Assembly (NCBI GenBank): GCA_000002445.1
Contig: CP000068.1
Location: 1,312,001 to 1,376,000 of the forward strand
Source of the DNA: Trypanosoma brucei
Lineage: Eukaryota
Length of the DNA stretch: 64,000 nucleotides
Reading direction: 5' to 3'
Under the pieces are notes generated by a model, which saw only the letters and a list, made by a program, of their open reading frames with translations, did no database searches and was not told where the DNA came from. The first letter of the stretch is position 1; each line of letters opens with the position of its first letter. Made by a program: the position numbers and the translations under genes. This document shows, piece by piece, positions 1 to 11,593 of this stretch.

Positions 1-498
1 TTTACGTCCGACTCTTTATGTCACTCCTCACCACTTCTTTCTGATTAACTTGACCGCTGTAACAAATACAGGGTAGTCGCGTGGCACCGGGAACCTCAGC
101 CTACAGACCTAACAAAAAAATTTTTAAAATCCACACGTAGAGTAAGTACACTTCAGGGAGCAATCAGTCAAAACAGTAAAATAAGCGACGAGTAAAAGAA
201 CGAAGGTATGTATGTGATTCAACTCCAAAAACGTTTCCAAGCAAAATAACAAAAACAAAAAACAGATGTTGCACTAGCAAGCAACGAACCTGCCCTTCCT
301 GCGCACCGACTGTGGCACGCTCACTTTTTGAAAACACTTGGACCCTCCGCCTGGTCCTACTCTCTCCGTAACTGCATGCTATTTTTGTTGTTTCATACGA
401 GCACAACCACGAACTGCTTGCAGTTAGGCACAAGTAGATGAGTCAGTTGGCAAAACCATATCACAAACCAAGTACACATATGCAACCATGCACGCATA

Positions 499-500
499 AG

Positions 501-534
<34 letters not shown>

Positions 535-535
535 G
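499..535. repeat. (TA)n(TG)n compound microsatellite
   Basis: tatatatatatatatatgtgtgtgtgtgtgtgtgg. The same compound motif recurs at 7931-7955, 20681-20720 and 56157-56196. A (TG)n-only tract recurs at 29034-29052, 35569-35588 and 49549-49571. Confidence 0.9.
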
Positions 536-844
536 TAGAGAAGAGCGTAGCTATACCACACACCCATGTAGCAAACGGGCAAAAGCAGCTAAAAAAAAAT
601 CAAAAGGCCGCCTCGTGCAGGCCCTAAGACTCCCTTCCTCCTCCTCCACTTCTCTCATAACCGCCTTCGTATTCCTTCCCTCTCACTCACCTTGTGCGAC
701 CACTGCGCCACGTCTTCATCTTCCACGAGTCTCCCGGCCTGCCGTCGTCACACAATGCGCTTTTTTGGCACGCAAAGATACTTCACTCCGCTTCTCATGA
801 AATTGCTCTGACCCACAAGTCCGGGGGAAAGCGAGGGAGCTGCG

Positions 845-1915
845 CTATCCCTCTTCACATTGGCTCGTCATTGGTAAGAAATCAGCCACTCCACCCGACT
901 CATTTTTTTTTAGGAACCACGCAGATTGCAGCACATCACTTGCTTTAGGCCGCTGACCTGGGTCAAAACTCAACAATAGCCGAATGATATCTACAGCCTC
1001 AGGTGGCACATTCCTCCATTCCGGTTCCTCAAATAACGGCCCGACCTCCATCACTTTCACCAATTGTACCTTATTTCCCCTGTTTTGAAAAGGCAGCTTC
1101 CTGCAGAACATCACGTACAATATGGTCCCCACGGCAAACATATCCATTCGTGGCATTAACTCAGCGGTGGTTGCCAGATGGCCGCTTTGCACGAGGCTGC
1201 GCACCGTCTCGGGGGCCGCATAGTTAATGGTCCCGCACGGTGTGGCGATAAGAGGACTGTCGGTGTACGACGACTCAAGCGAGTCCGCTGGCGCAGCCGA
1301 GGGAGCTGGGGACAACTGCCACACGTTCCCGCCCAAAAGACGATCACCAACACAACGCCGCCCCTTCGACAGCGTGCGTGCGAGACCAAAGTCAACAAGA
1401 GTCAAGTGGAATCCACCATCTTCTGTGGATGTTACAAGTACGTTCTCAGGTTTGATATCGCGGTGTACAACGCGAACCTGGCTATGCAAATAGTTAACGA
1501 CCTCCAACAACTGTCGTGCAACTGACCGCACCTGCGCCTCCGTCATGATGCCGTCACGCAGTGTCTTGTAGAGTTCCTTTCCATCAACGAAGTTTGTCAC
1601 GATCACAATATGATATTCGGTTTGAAAGCAATCAATAAATTGCAAGCAATTAGGGTGGTTCAGATGACGCAGAATCTCCACCTCTCTAACAATATCTTGG
1701 CACATTCTGTCCAACGAGAGACCTCGCTTTTCAAACACCTTGAGGGCAACAGGGCTCCCCTTGCTCACTTTATCACCATCTACGAGGCTCACACCCTTGA
1801 ACACCGACGCATACGTTCCTCGCCCCACAAAGTCTAAAATTTCGTCCGTCGCATACAGGCGGTCCATAAGACGTTCCATGCGAAAGGGAACGTGCGACAT
1901 ACCTGCACAAAACAC
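845..1915 (-). CDS. Ser/Thr protein kinase, CAMK/AMPK-like catalytic domain
   Basis: The 356-aa ORF has canonical kinase subdomains. It has a Gly-loop-like GRGTYASV, the catalytic loop HRDIKPENVLV, a DFGLAR activation segment and the APE motif (YAAPE). Confidence 0.85.
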   Translation of the reverse strand: MFCAGMSHVPFRMERLMDRLYATDEILDFVGRGTYASVFKGVSLVDGDKVSKGSPVALKVFEKRGLSLDRMCQDIVREVEILRHLNHPNCLQFIDCFQTEYHIVIVTNFVDGKELYKTLRDGIMTEAQVRSVARQLLEVVNYLHSQVRVVHRDIKPENVLVTSTEDGGFHLTLVDFGLARTLSKGRRCVGDRLLGGNVWQLSPAPSAAPADSLESSYTDSPLIATPCGTINYAAPETVRSLVQSGHLATTAELMPRMDMFAVGTILYVMFCRKLPFQNRGNKVQLVKVMEVGPLFEEPEWRNVPPEAVDIIRLLLSFDPGQRPKASDVLQSAWFLKKNESGGVADFLPMTSQCEEG

Positions 1916-2267
1916 TGATAAAGGTGGGGAAAGAAATATGTTTCAACCTCCACTTCTTTCCTTCCTCTCACCAAAAGGAAAAACGGGATAAAGAAGCGAA
2001 TAACGCCAGCAATTGAATACGCACATCAACACAATTAGCACGAAAAGGGATACACGCGGTACTTTCACAGGTGAGTGGTTAGCTTCTCCATCACCCGTGT
2101 TGACATATATATACGAATATGTATATTTACACAAAAGGTGCATAAAGAGTCATTGTGCACCCTTTCATCATCTCTATACATTCTAGTAACCACAACGAAA
2201 ATGAGAGGAAACGTACCTGAACAGGTGCCAGGGTTGCACCGCCACCAAAATAACCGCACGACGAAGG

Positions 2268-2540
2268 TTACGTCACTGTCTTCCACAAAAGGATGGACAA
2301 CGGGCCCCAGGTCATGTATATGTACCCCTTCATCTCATGAGTCACAAAGGACCCAAAGTTCTTGCCAACGACACAATGCCAAATACCCTTGTATTTCTTT
2401 TGGAATTCCCGCTTCACGAAAGAAGCCACGCCATTCTCCAGCGATTCCGTTTCAAAGGCCTGAATGACAAGGTTACGCGCCTCCTCCTGCATCTCTTTCG
2501 TCATATCAGCGTTAATGTTGAATTCATGGTGCTTAGACAT
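2268..2540 (-). CDS. Dynein light chain LC8 (DYNLL)
   Basis: The internal Met gives a 90-aa protein, MSKHHEFNINADMTKEMQEEARNLVIQAFE...KYKGIWHCVVGKNFGSFVTHEMKGYIYM. It aligns along its length to LC8 (ADMSEEMQ..., [22 protein letters not shown]). The ATG lies at plus-strand 2538-2540 (cat). The upstream 29 codons of the six-frame ORF are unlikely to be coding. Confidence 0.9.
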   Translation of the reverse strand: MSKHHEFNINADMTKEMQEEARNLVIQAFETESLENGVASFVKREFQKKYKGIWHCVVGKNFGSFVTHEMKGYIYMTWGPLSILLWKTVT

Positions 2541-3374
2541 GTTGTGTGGCTTTAATAATACTACACACCCCTTAACTTGGTTAAACCCGTGACGATTAAC
2601 TGTTGCTCGTGGCACGATCCCAAACAATTACGGACAGATGCCTTGCGAGGGAACAACGGTGGAGTGCTGCTCACGGCTACACGGCTGTAGGCGCAATGAA
2701 AAAGGGGGGAAAACGTATGGGCAAAGAACGTCGTCAGATGATGAAATAGAGAAAGAAGGAAAGTGATTGATCCGAGCATGGAATAATCGGATTAAGGTAA
2801 CGAAGAAAAGAGGCGGAAGTGCTTGAAAGGGTCTCGTGCAACCTCACAAACGGGAGTCAAAAAAGAAAAAAGAGGGAAACGCGAGAAGAGGGAAACTAAG
2901 TTGAAAAGAAAAAAAGGAAGGGGATGAACAAAGACAGGGGAAATAATATAAAATTAAACGGTTGTGGACAGACAAAACTTGAACAAACGAGAGAGAACAA
3001 AACTGAAAATGTTCTGTCAGTTTGGTTTCCTGTATATCAACATATACGAATGTGTGTATGTTTCTGTTCCCGCTTACTGCCGACGTAAATCTCCCCCACC
3101 AACCAGCGCAGTGGCATCCGGACATTTTCGATTTTACCCAAGGCGTTTTCTGCGGTAACAAAGCACCATTAGCTTTACAAAGCGGCCTAATGAATTACAC
3201 CCAACACCACGGTCCCCTCCCTTTCTTATCGTGAGCCGTAAAACGCACATACAAACACATACATATTTCTTTACGTTAACTTCACATATTACCTGGCATC
3301 CTCACACATAACAGAAAAAAAACACCGCCTCCTCCACTCCTCTTTATTACACGTCACGTTTGGGCACAACGTTA

Positions 3375-3917
3375 TCACTTTACAGCAGTTTTTTCATACA
3401 GCATTTTGACAGTCACACCAATCTCCTGTGTTTGCGAGGCCAAACTCGTCACGGCAAACTGTGTCTGGTCGTGCTTCATCACAAGAGTCGTAACAGATGC
3501 AGCCAAACTGCTGTTATGCTCTGCAAGCAGACGGTTACATTCCAACAAAGATGTGTTCTCCCTTTTTAGACCGATAACCTCACCTTCCAACCGCCGCTTA
3601 TCCCGTAGCAAACGCTTTGTTTTCTTCCTCTCTCGGCACAAGGCAGACACAACACCCTCCACATCCACCGATAATTTTCCCCGCATCGGGCTAACATCCG
3701 ACATTTCGCTGCCAGTACTGCTACGAAGACTGTTACCGCTGCTGTGGTCCCTCGCCCCCTCGGCATTGAAATCCCTCTTTGAAACTGTCTTATCCACAAT
3801 CCACTGTGGCCGCGAGCCATCACGGTAATCAGCCTTCGGGCCGTGGTCAATAAAACTGCCACTACTTCCGTTGCTCATTGACATGTGACTACAGCGCTCA
3901 CAGCAGCCACACCACAA
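3375..3917 (-). CDS. hypothetical protein with C-terminal coiled-coil
   Basis: The 180-aa ORF has intergenic spacing on both sides consistent with the minus-strand array. It has a Ser-rich N-terminus and a heptad-like C-terminal stretch (KRLLRDKRRLEGEVIGLKRENTSLLECNRLLAEHN). I recognise no family. Confidence 0.35.
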   Translation of the reverse strand: MWCGCCERCSHMSMSNGSSGSFIDHGPKADYRDGSRPQWIVDKTVSKRDFNAEGARDHSSGNSLRSSTGSEMSDVSPMRGKLSVDVEGVVSALCRERKKTKRLLRDKRRLEGEVIGLKRENTSLLECNRLLAEHNSSLAASVTTLVMKHDQTQFAVTSLASQTQEIGVTVKMLYEKTAVK

Positions 3918-4710
3918 ACACCAGTCACCTTATCCCCTTGCTCTCAGATGAAACAACAGGTCGGGATGCCTTCAAATTATACAGAATGTCGAACAAGGGG
4001 GAAAAAAAAACTAGCTTCAAAGTAACAGACGAGATCAGAATAAACGAGCGGCAATTGCTGTTACAAAGAGAGGTAAATATTTCTGGAAAAGCAGGAATAC
4101 TCGAGAATTGTAAAATAATAATAATAATAGAGTAGATGAAAAGCAAACAATTGAAACTATCGTCAAGGTGGGGCAAGTGATTTCGACTCAAAATACTTAT
4201 CCACAAATCGATACGCCCATGCGAGAGAAATGGCAGCAAGAATCTTGAGGCAATATAGCCTCCCTCAGTTGTACCATTTCCATCGCTACACGTATTCTCC
4301 GCTAGATCATAATACCTGCAGCTAGTGAATTTACTACGCAGGTATTGTCCAGGTAACAATAAAATCCATAAAGATTTATTATTCACCGTGCATACCAACA
4401 ATTTGAAACAAAAGCAAAAAAAAATGTGTGATTGATGGCGGCAGTAAGTATCCCTAAACAGATTGAAAATCCAATGAAACCCTGTTTCCTTACTCTTGAT
4501 CCCGTTTGTTTCAAAAAACAACGGAAACGGACATGCGCAAGCCCTTCTGATCCACTACTACGCATGCGGAAATAATCCATGGTGCCTTGTCCCTCACCTT
4601 TGGTAAATGCCATATGAAAATGAAAAGGTGGTGCTAACAGTGTCCAACCACGCCACGTTGCATGGGACTAACACATATAATTTGAAGGGGTGCACCCAAG
4701 AGCACAAAAA

Positions 4711-7227
4711 TTATGACTTTGTCTCGGTTGTTTGGCCCCCAAGCATCCCTTGCGCAGTGTTAAACAGGTTCACCGGCGTTTTTCCATCTGTGATCAAGTA
4801 GCCCTTCAACCCCAACCCACCGAGCAGTTTCGCTTGCATTTCGGGGCCGGCCTGTGCGATCGATACAAGCGTCTGTCTCCCAATGGCACTTACCATCCGT
4901 TGAATCCTCTCAACTTCCGTTTGGGCGAGCTCACGGGCCTTTACGATTTCCAGCTCGTTCTGACGCTTTGCAAACTCCAGCTCGAGATCTTGCTGTTGCT
5001 TTTGCTTTGCGAGGTCTGACGCCGCTGTGATACGGAGCGCTTTTGCCCTCATCTCCGCTTGCTTCAGCTCTGTGTCCGCCTCAATGAGAAGTGACTCCGC
5101 CTTCGCCTTCGCCTCCGCTACTGCCTGCCCACTCGCCTGAACAACCTCACTCTGCGCCTGCAGTTCAAGCCACTGTGTTTTGGTCCGCTCCACTTCAATT
5201 TTATCGACGAGTTTCTGTCGCTCAAGCCTTCCCCGAGCCTCCTGGTCCTTCCGCTCCTTCCCGTGCCGTGCCGCAGCCTCCTGGGATTTGGTCGTTATTT
5301 CTATGGCCAGCTGCACAGATTTCTGTAGACTGTCCCGCGTCTTCGCATCAGTGGGTTCCACTGATTGAATGTCAATGTTCGTTACGACGAGGTTGTTGGC
5401 AGAGAAGCGAAGTGAGTTCCTCACATGGCCATTGCCATCGCGACCAAACACAGCCTCACGAATTATCTTCGCAGAATTACGATGGAAAGAGTCAAAGTCC
5501 TCCGCAGCAACAGCCCCACGAACGCGAGACGCGATAGTTTTGCAGCAATCCCCAACAAAATCAGGCACGGAAAATATCTTGGCATCAGGATTCTCTCGAT
5601 TCACATCAAAATGCCAGTTATACGAAAGACTAAGTTGCAAACGTGCATGGTCAGAGGTTTCCACAACAATCGTGTCACTGGAGAAACGAGGACCCAAAAA
5701 GAGCTGTAGAGCGAGAAGCGAATTTAGTGCTTTTGGTTTTCCCCCACTGAGTGACAATACAGTAAACTCCTCATCGGGGGATAGCATAACAAGGTTCGGA
5801 CCGAGCACTACGCGAGGTTTCTTTTGCTTGTAATCATAAATCTGTACCGCCGCGTTGTGTTGAACGTTGAAGCGAATGATACGATGTTTCACACGCGAAC
5901 TGGTAAAGTTAGGATCCCGCTCACTGCAGCGGCAGCACCCCGTAGGGCATGCAAGAAGTTCTTCCACATCAGGAGAAAGATCCTTCTCCCATAGCACCTC
6001 GTGCTCCTTGAGCATGTAAGGCTCTCCGATAACAGTGCGGACTTCACCCGTAGTGGTGTTCATGACATAAATGCCTTCATTTTTGTCCAGTGCAATCACA
6101 CCTCGTCGCTCCAGCACGCAAACATCCACTCTAGGAATATACTCAGTGGCACCGCGGAGCAGCCATTTCTCACCCGGCATGCGAACAGTGCCGCCACAAT
6201 CCTCAAACTTTTCCAAAGCCTGCAAAAGTAGTGCCTCATTCTTCCCGATAGCGTTCATTGACTGAACCTCACCCACCAGACTCTCACCGGGCCTCAGGAA
6301 AAAGCTGCACTCCCCTTTGCGGACTTCTCTTTTACCGAACTGGTTGATGCCTTCATCTCCAACAGGGTCCTTAACGATACAGTACTGGTTCTTGCTTAAT
6401 ATAATGGCATTCACGGTGGCGGTGATTACCTCGTTTACATCAGGGATGTGCGTAGAGGACATTTTATGCGTAATCATCCACTGCTCTCCTGCTTTACGTG
6501 CTTTACCGTACACATCAGTAAAGTTGCGTAGAGCCCTTAGGTGGATTGCCTCCTTCTCAGTCAAAACAGCACCCCTAACGTAACTCACAAATTCCTCCTC
6601 GTATGCAGGAAGATAAGCACCACTGGTTCGATGCAGCCACTCTTCCCCAGCCACACGCGCAACGCCTTGTCGGTCAGTAAAGTTGAGCCGCGCCCGGAGC
6701 TTAATGGCAGTGTTTGATTCCACAGTAAGTGCCTCAACCTCCCCAAGCTCCTCCACTTCCACGCGGGGAATAAATGTCTGCGGGCCCTCCACAATCCATT
6801 GTTCACCCGCCCGCACTGACACCCGTGTACTATCGACAAAATCACGCGTACAACGAACATGGTAACCTTTGTTGGAGGGAATCACCTTTAACTTGAAGAG
6901 CCATTCCCCATCAACAGTTAAAAGCTCTTCCCCAGGCAATAGAGGGAACGGAGGTTGTTCAAATCGTATTTCTTTCTCGCCCATGCGTAACTGCACCTCC
7001 TCACTTTCCCCGACCTTTGGGATGTTGTCTTCGCCACGCACGCACGGGTTCTGCACAACACAATAGTGGCCTGGAGGCACCACGACACATTGCCGCGGTT
7101 CGAAAAGACATCGTTCGTGCTCCTTACGTGTGTACACCTGCGGCCCCAGCATACATTTAGTGACATTTGTGTTGTTGTTCAGCAAATGAACGTAAAAATG
7201 ACGTTTAATTCGTATGATATCACTCAT
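4711..7227 (-). CDS. MVP: Major vault protein (MVP)
   Basis: The 838-aa ORF starts [32 protein letters not shown], which matches the MVP N-terminus ([28 protein letters not shown]). It has multiple MVP repeat units ([59 protein letters not shown]). It also has the conserved shoulder/cap region ([40 protein letters not shown]) and a C-terminal coiled-coil. Confidence 0.9.
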
Positions 7228-8575
7228 CTTCGAAACAGTTGGACAAAAATGACAACACGAAAATTGACAACGCCTCTGAACTTGGATGTTACTGCTGAAA
7301 TATTAAGAGATATCTACTAAACGATGCTTTCTATTCAATTTGCGGTCAAAGAGAAAGCGCAGTGCAAGTGCACAAAAAGCAATTCCTGAGCGGACATTTA
7401 TGCACAAATCCGGTACTATGTTGCCCGCAGCAAAGCAACCATAAACACACAGCAACTTGAAACAGTAAGAACGACCATGCGGTCATATCACAACTGCAAC
7501 TTTCATAATCCTCGGCACACGATAAATATCCTTTATCTCACCTTTCACTTGAAAGTATCCGTCAAAACACGTCAGACAGAGAAACAGTCAAAAATCTTCT
7601 ACGACACGCATCGATCACGTATACGTCCATGCACGTGAATGGCGTTCTTGCAGCGTGTGAAGACTCGCTTACGAGTTGTGCACTGATCAGGCGATGCTTC
7701 ACAACATATGAAAAAAAAACACTTGCGAGTCAACTGCAGCAACCACGCACCGTAGCGCGTCGGGGCGCAATACTTAAATGTCAGAAGGAACACGTGAAGC
7801 ATTTTCCCTACACCTCATCAGATTCAAGTCGCTTTAATGGAGAAACGTAAGCACGAACTATCGCGTACGAGGAAGATTCTCGCCCTCTGTAGCTACTACC
7901 TCCAGTCGCATTATCTATACTCATTTGGTAATATATATATACATATATATATATTTGATAAACGAGCACAAAAACAAAAAAGGAGCAAAGGCAGAACGTG
8001 CATTCCCGTACATACGTTGGCTGCTCACCACACAAACCAATCAAACTTCGTGTAGTGCATTCACCGAGGTTGAAAGAGGAAATGAAGTTAAGAGAGGTCA
8101 CGCCCACTAAACACTAAGAGTACGCCTCCTCCCCGCCCCCCCCCCACACTAACAAAAAAAAAAAAGACCCTACACAACCAGGAAGTGTATGAACAGGTGG
8201 CATACTGCATCCACCTTTTCACACCCTATGCACGACATCTGTAACTTCCCGGAGATGTTGCCGTGACCGCAGTTTTCGAAGAAAACTTAATAAAACGTAT
8301 ACGTAATAACGACAAAACGTATAACCGCAATCGAGTTCAACGAAAAAAAAAATAGAGAAAAAGAGAAGAACGATCGCATTGTTCCTCTGGGTAGAACAAC
8401 GATGGTCAAGAAGAACATGGAGCACTATAATGGAGGGAAAGTTCTATCAAGCATATTCATCCACATGTACGTATGCGTGATGGTTGGTTTGTGTTTGTAA
8501 TAAAACATCCAAAATCTTTCAACGGTGCTTCTAACAATCTAATGTTGCCGTCATCCAACGGTAATATCTCTATCA

Positions 8576-11113
8576 TCAGTTGCCTCCACTCCCAACATGC
8601 CCAACGTTTCTACACAAGTCTCGAATTTTCTGGTCACGCTCTTGAAGTTCTCTATGCAGCTGCTCAACCTTCTCTCTATGTCCCGCTGTCATTCCGCGAA
8701 TCTGTTCCCTGTAGCTCGATTCAATCACATCTGCCTTGATCTGTATTTCCTTCAATCTTGCAGAAGACGAGATCATGTGGGAGCACTGGCTCCTCAGCCC
8801 CTTTGTTTGAGCCGAAAGATCTTCCTGGCGCCGTTCCAGGGTCACAATGGTGTCACGTAATTCGGAAGCGCGCAACGCAATCCTTTCCATTACGGTGTAC
8901 ATGTTGTTCAAGTGCATCACCATTTCAACCGGTGGGATTAACTGAAAGTGTGACTTAGCCTCCCGAACCTTGATGGTTAAAGAGCGAATAGAACCATCAA
9001 TTACCCCAAATTCCTCCTGTGCTGCCGAAATCGCTCTCTTCAGCGCCACACAACGACCCTCCATTCCTTTCAGCTCAGATTGAAATAAAAATTTGTTCAA
9101 ATCGCCTAAGGGGTCTGTCTCACAGACATCCGCATCCCCAGCATCGTTGAAAGACCTGTTCTTTAAGGTTTCCGCAAACACTTGGAAAAATTGGATGGGT
9201 TCCTTTTCATACGAGTTCTTTTCTGCATCAAAAAATGCAGTGGGGATCACACCCAGTTCTCGCACCACTAAAGCACCCAGTTCATGCTTCCGCGGACCAC
9301 ACCTCTCCCATACGGCTTGGGAAACCAGAATTTGCCCTCCGCGGGCCGTGGAGCACGCGTGTACAGTCTGAGATACCGCACGACCGTAATAGTGGCACCG
9401 GTAAGAATCGCCAACCGGTATAGACAGCGGCTCCACAAATGTATCACCTGTGTGAACCGCCATCGCCAGGCGCAGCCCACGAAATACCACTTCATTTGTC
9501 CCCTGACAACGCACCTCTGAGCCCCATGAGCTTTCGAGAAGGGACTGCGACCAAGGGAGCGTCATCAACCATTTTTGGGTCTCCGTGCAGAAACGACAGG
9601 CCGCTACCGGATCGTCGAAGGCGAGCAGCATTGATGTCCCATCACAGTAGCACTCATACGCACCGTACTGAGCCATTTTAGGGCGCAACACGCAGTTCAT
9701 CAAAGATACGGCAGCTTGTGCCTTTTCCGCATCCTCGACCCACATAAGGTCACCATTAAAGACGCGCAAGCATGCGAACACAACGTTCCTTTGGGGTGGG
9801 GGAACCGAACCGGAGTGCGATATGGCGTTCTCGAGATCATCACAGAAAAAATACAGTCGAGAAAGCGCACGATTTAAAGAAACTGATGCCTCAGAGCACT
9901 TCCCCTCAATCTCCACCAGCGCACGCGAAAGTCGCTCTTGCTTGGCATCGAGCTTCGCCAACAAACAGTCAAAATCTGATTCCTTCGAAACCGGCGCTTC
10001 ACAGTTGGTGTCTATGGTTTTCAGTTGTAGTAAGCGAGTAACAATTCGCTCAACCACCAGTTTTGCTTCTGGATCCTCGACAATACACCGTGGGGCGTAG
10101 AGGAGGGCGGCCTCCTGTACCTCCAAACTGTGAGGTTCAACAGCCTGCTCCGGGGCACAGCTAACAAACGCTGAGTAGATATCATCTAAGATGCGAAGAA
10201 TGTATATATCCCACTGCTTGAACCGCTGCTCTACTTCCTGAGAGGCCGCGTTTGCCAAAACGAGCCGCTCCGCGGCCGTCGCCGCCTCCTTCACAGCTTC
10301 TTCGCGCTCTTCAGATAGCTTCTTCTTTTCATCCTCCAGTCGCGCACGCATGTCACCGATGCGCCGCTCCGTTTCCGTAGACCTTTCCTTGTACTCAGAC
10401 TCAATGCGATGTACGAGGTTCTTCATAAGCGCCTGACCTTCGGTGTGACGCTCCTCCGCGACCCTGTTTGTAGCACGAACGGCCTCTAGCTCTTTTGTCA
10501 GCTCTTCTACACGAGCATTACAAAGGCTCTCCACATGGTCCAATTCTTGGGCGGCTGCTTTTTTAACATCATCCACCTGCTGTTGGTATATTTTTGTGAG
10601 GTTTTCAACGCGCTCATTGAGAACACGGCATTCGTTTTTCAACATCATCTGCTCCTTCTCGTGTTGCAACTTTTGCATGCGTAATTGATGCTCCATTGTT
10701 TCTTTGAGCTTGAGATGTTGCTCATTCTCACCCTTCAGCAGTCCCTCCAACCGCTTAACTTCGTCCCGTAGTTCGCCAATTTCCTCTTTAGATTTCTCAG
10801 TCATGGCGAACTCTATACACTTCGCCTCATGTTTCGCGTTCCCCAGTTTCGTCCGCAGTGACGAACACTTCCGCATCAGCGCCTCGATTTCCTTCTCTCT
10901 TAGTGCTATACTCATAACGTGACGCTGCTCAGCTGTTGTACGCCACGGTCGCTCCAATTCCGGTCGGTGAAAAAGTTCTTCACCCCGCTGTACCCCCGTG
11001 GCCGTTTTGAGGTATGTCCCGGGAGTACAACCGCCCCCATACACACCGACAGCTCGTGCAGCAGACGCTGACTCAGGGGTCTCCCACTTGTTGGGTGGTG
11101 CCTCGTCGGACAT
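8576..11113 (-). CDS. coiled-coil protein with a degenerate class III nucleotidyl-cyclase homology domain and no TM segment
   Basis: The six-frame ORF runs to 11245, but its first 44 codons look non-coding. The probable start is MSDEAPPNKWE, with cat at 11111-11113. The N-terminal half is long heptad coiled-coil. The central segment (about nt 9300-9800) aligns to the catalytic domain of the GRESAG4 genes in this window. Examples are CDGTSMLLAF against VGDSFMIACK, VFRGLRLAMAVHTGD against LRVRIGIHTGL, and YYGRAVSQTVHACSTARGGQILVSQAVWE against YYGKVTDMAARTESVANGGQVVLTQATYF. The metal-binding and transition-state residues appear substituted. Confidence 0.7.
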   Translation of the reverse strand: MSDEAPPNKWETPESASAARAVGVYGGGCTPGTYLKTATGVQRGEELFHRPELERPWRTTAEQRHVMSIALREKEIEALMRKCSSLRTKLGNAKHEAKCIEFAMTEKSKEEIGELRDEVKRLEGLLKGENEQHLKLKETMEHQLRMQKLQHEKEQMMLKNECRVLNERVENLTKIYQQQVDDVKKAAAQELDHVESLCNARVEELTKELEAVRATNRVAEERHTEGQALMKNLVHRIESEYKERSTETERRIGDMRARLEDEKKKLSEEREEAVKEAATAAERLVLANAASQEVEQRFKQWDIYILRILDDIYSAFVSCAPEQAVEPHSLEVQEAALLYAPRCIVEDPEAKLVVERIVTRLLQLKTIDTNCEAPVSKESDFDCLLAKLDAKQERLSRALVEIEGKCSEASVSLNRALSRLYFFCDDLENAISHSGSVPPPQRNVVFACLRVFNGDLMWVEDAEKAQAAVSLMNCVLRPKMAQYGAYECYCDGTSMLLAFDDPVAACRFCTETQKWLMTLPWSQSLLESSWGSEVRCQGTNEVVFRGLRLAMAVHTGDTFVEPLSIPVGDSYRCHYYGRAVSQTVHACSTARGGQILVSQAVWERCGPRKHELGALVVRELGVIPTAFFDAEKNSYEKEPIQFFQVFAETLKNRSFNDAGDADVCETDPLGDLNKFLFQSELKGMEGRCVALKRAISAAQEEFGVIDGSIRSLTIKVREAKSHFQLIPPVEMVMHLNNMYTVMERIALRASELRDTIVTLERRQEDLSAQTKGLRSQCSHMISSSARLKEIQIKADVIESSYREQIRGMTAGHREKVEQLHRELQERDQKIRDLCRNVGHVGSGGN

Positions 11114-11593
11114 AAATTTAAAGTAACTGTCTAAACGGCAGAACTTTGTCCCAGCGTTAAATTGACAAAGACATGAAAAAGGAAGGATGCTACATGCACA
11201 CTGAATAAGCAGAAAAATTTGGCTCACTAACAACTGGTAGCGCACAGCATCTCCAACTCGGTAATCAAGAGCACTTCAAAGTACATTTGAACAAGGATAC
11301 ACATTAAAAATACGTACAGGGTCGGTGAGTGGTACCACAAATCGGAAAAAAAACAAAAAGTAAAGCATGAAAAAAAAAGACATTTACAGCAGCCGGCAAC
11401 GTAACTTGTCATGTAAAAATATCCTTTCCTTTATCACCTTGCCTTCGTCGCCTTCCTTCCAGCTGCTTCCTTTCTCTTTGCTCCTCTAGTTTCCCCGCAC
11501 ATTCTCCTCTACTTTTGCTCTTCTGTACATTCCGTGTGGGGGAAGGCTGGAACACATCCAAAAACAGCTTCCTTGAAAACTTCCCCATTCTGT

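Noticed and set aside
438-800. ORFs at the 5' end of the window (164-433 -, 438-800 +, 694-948 +)
   Set aside because: They span a (TA)n(TG)n microsatellite and polypyrimidine tracts and overlap the 3' end of the kinase gene. The peptides are low-complexity. This is likely the 3' flank or UTR of the kinase transcript.
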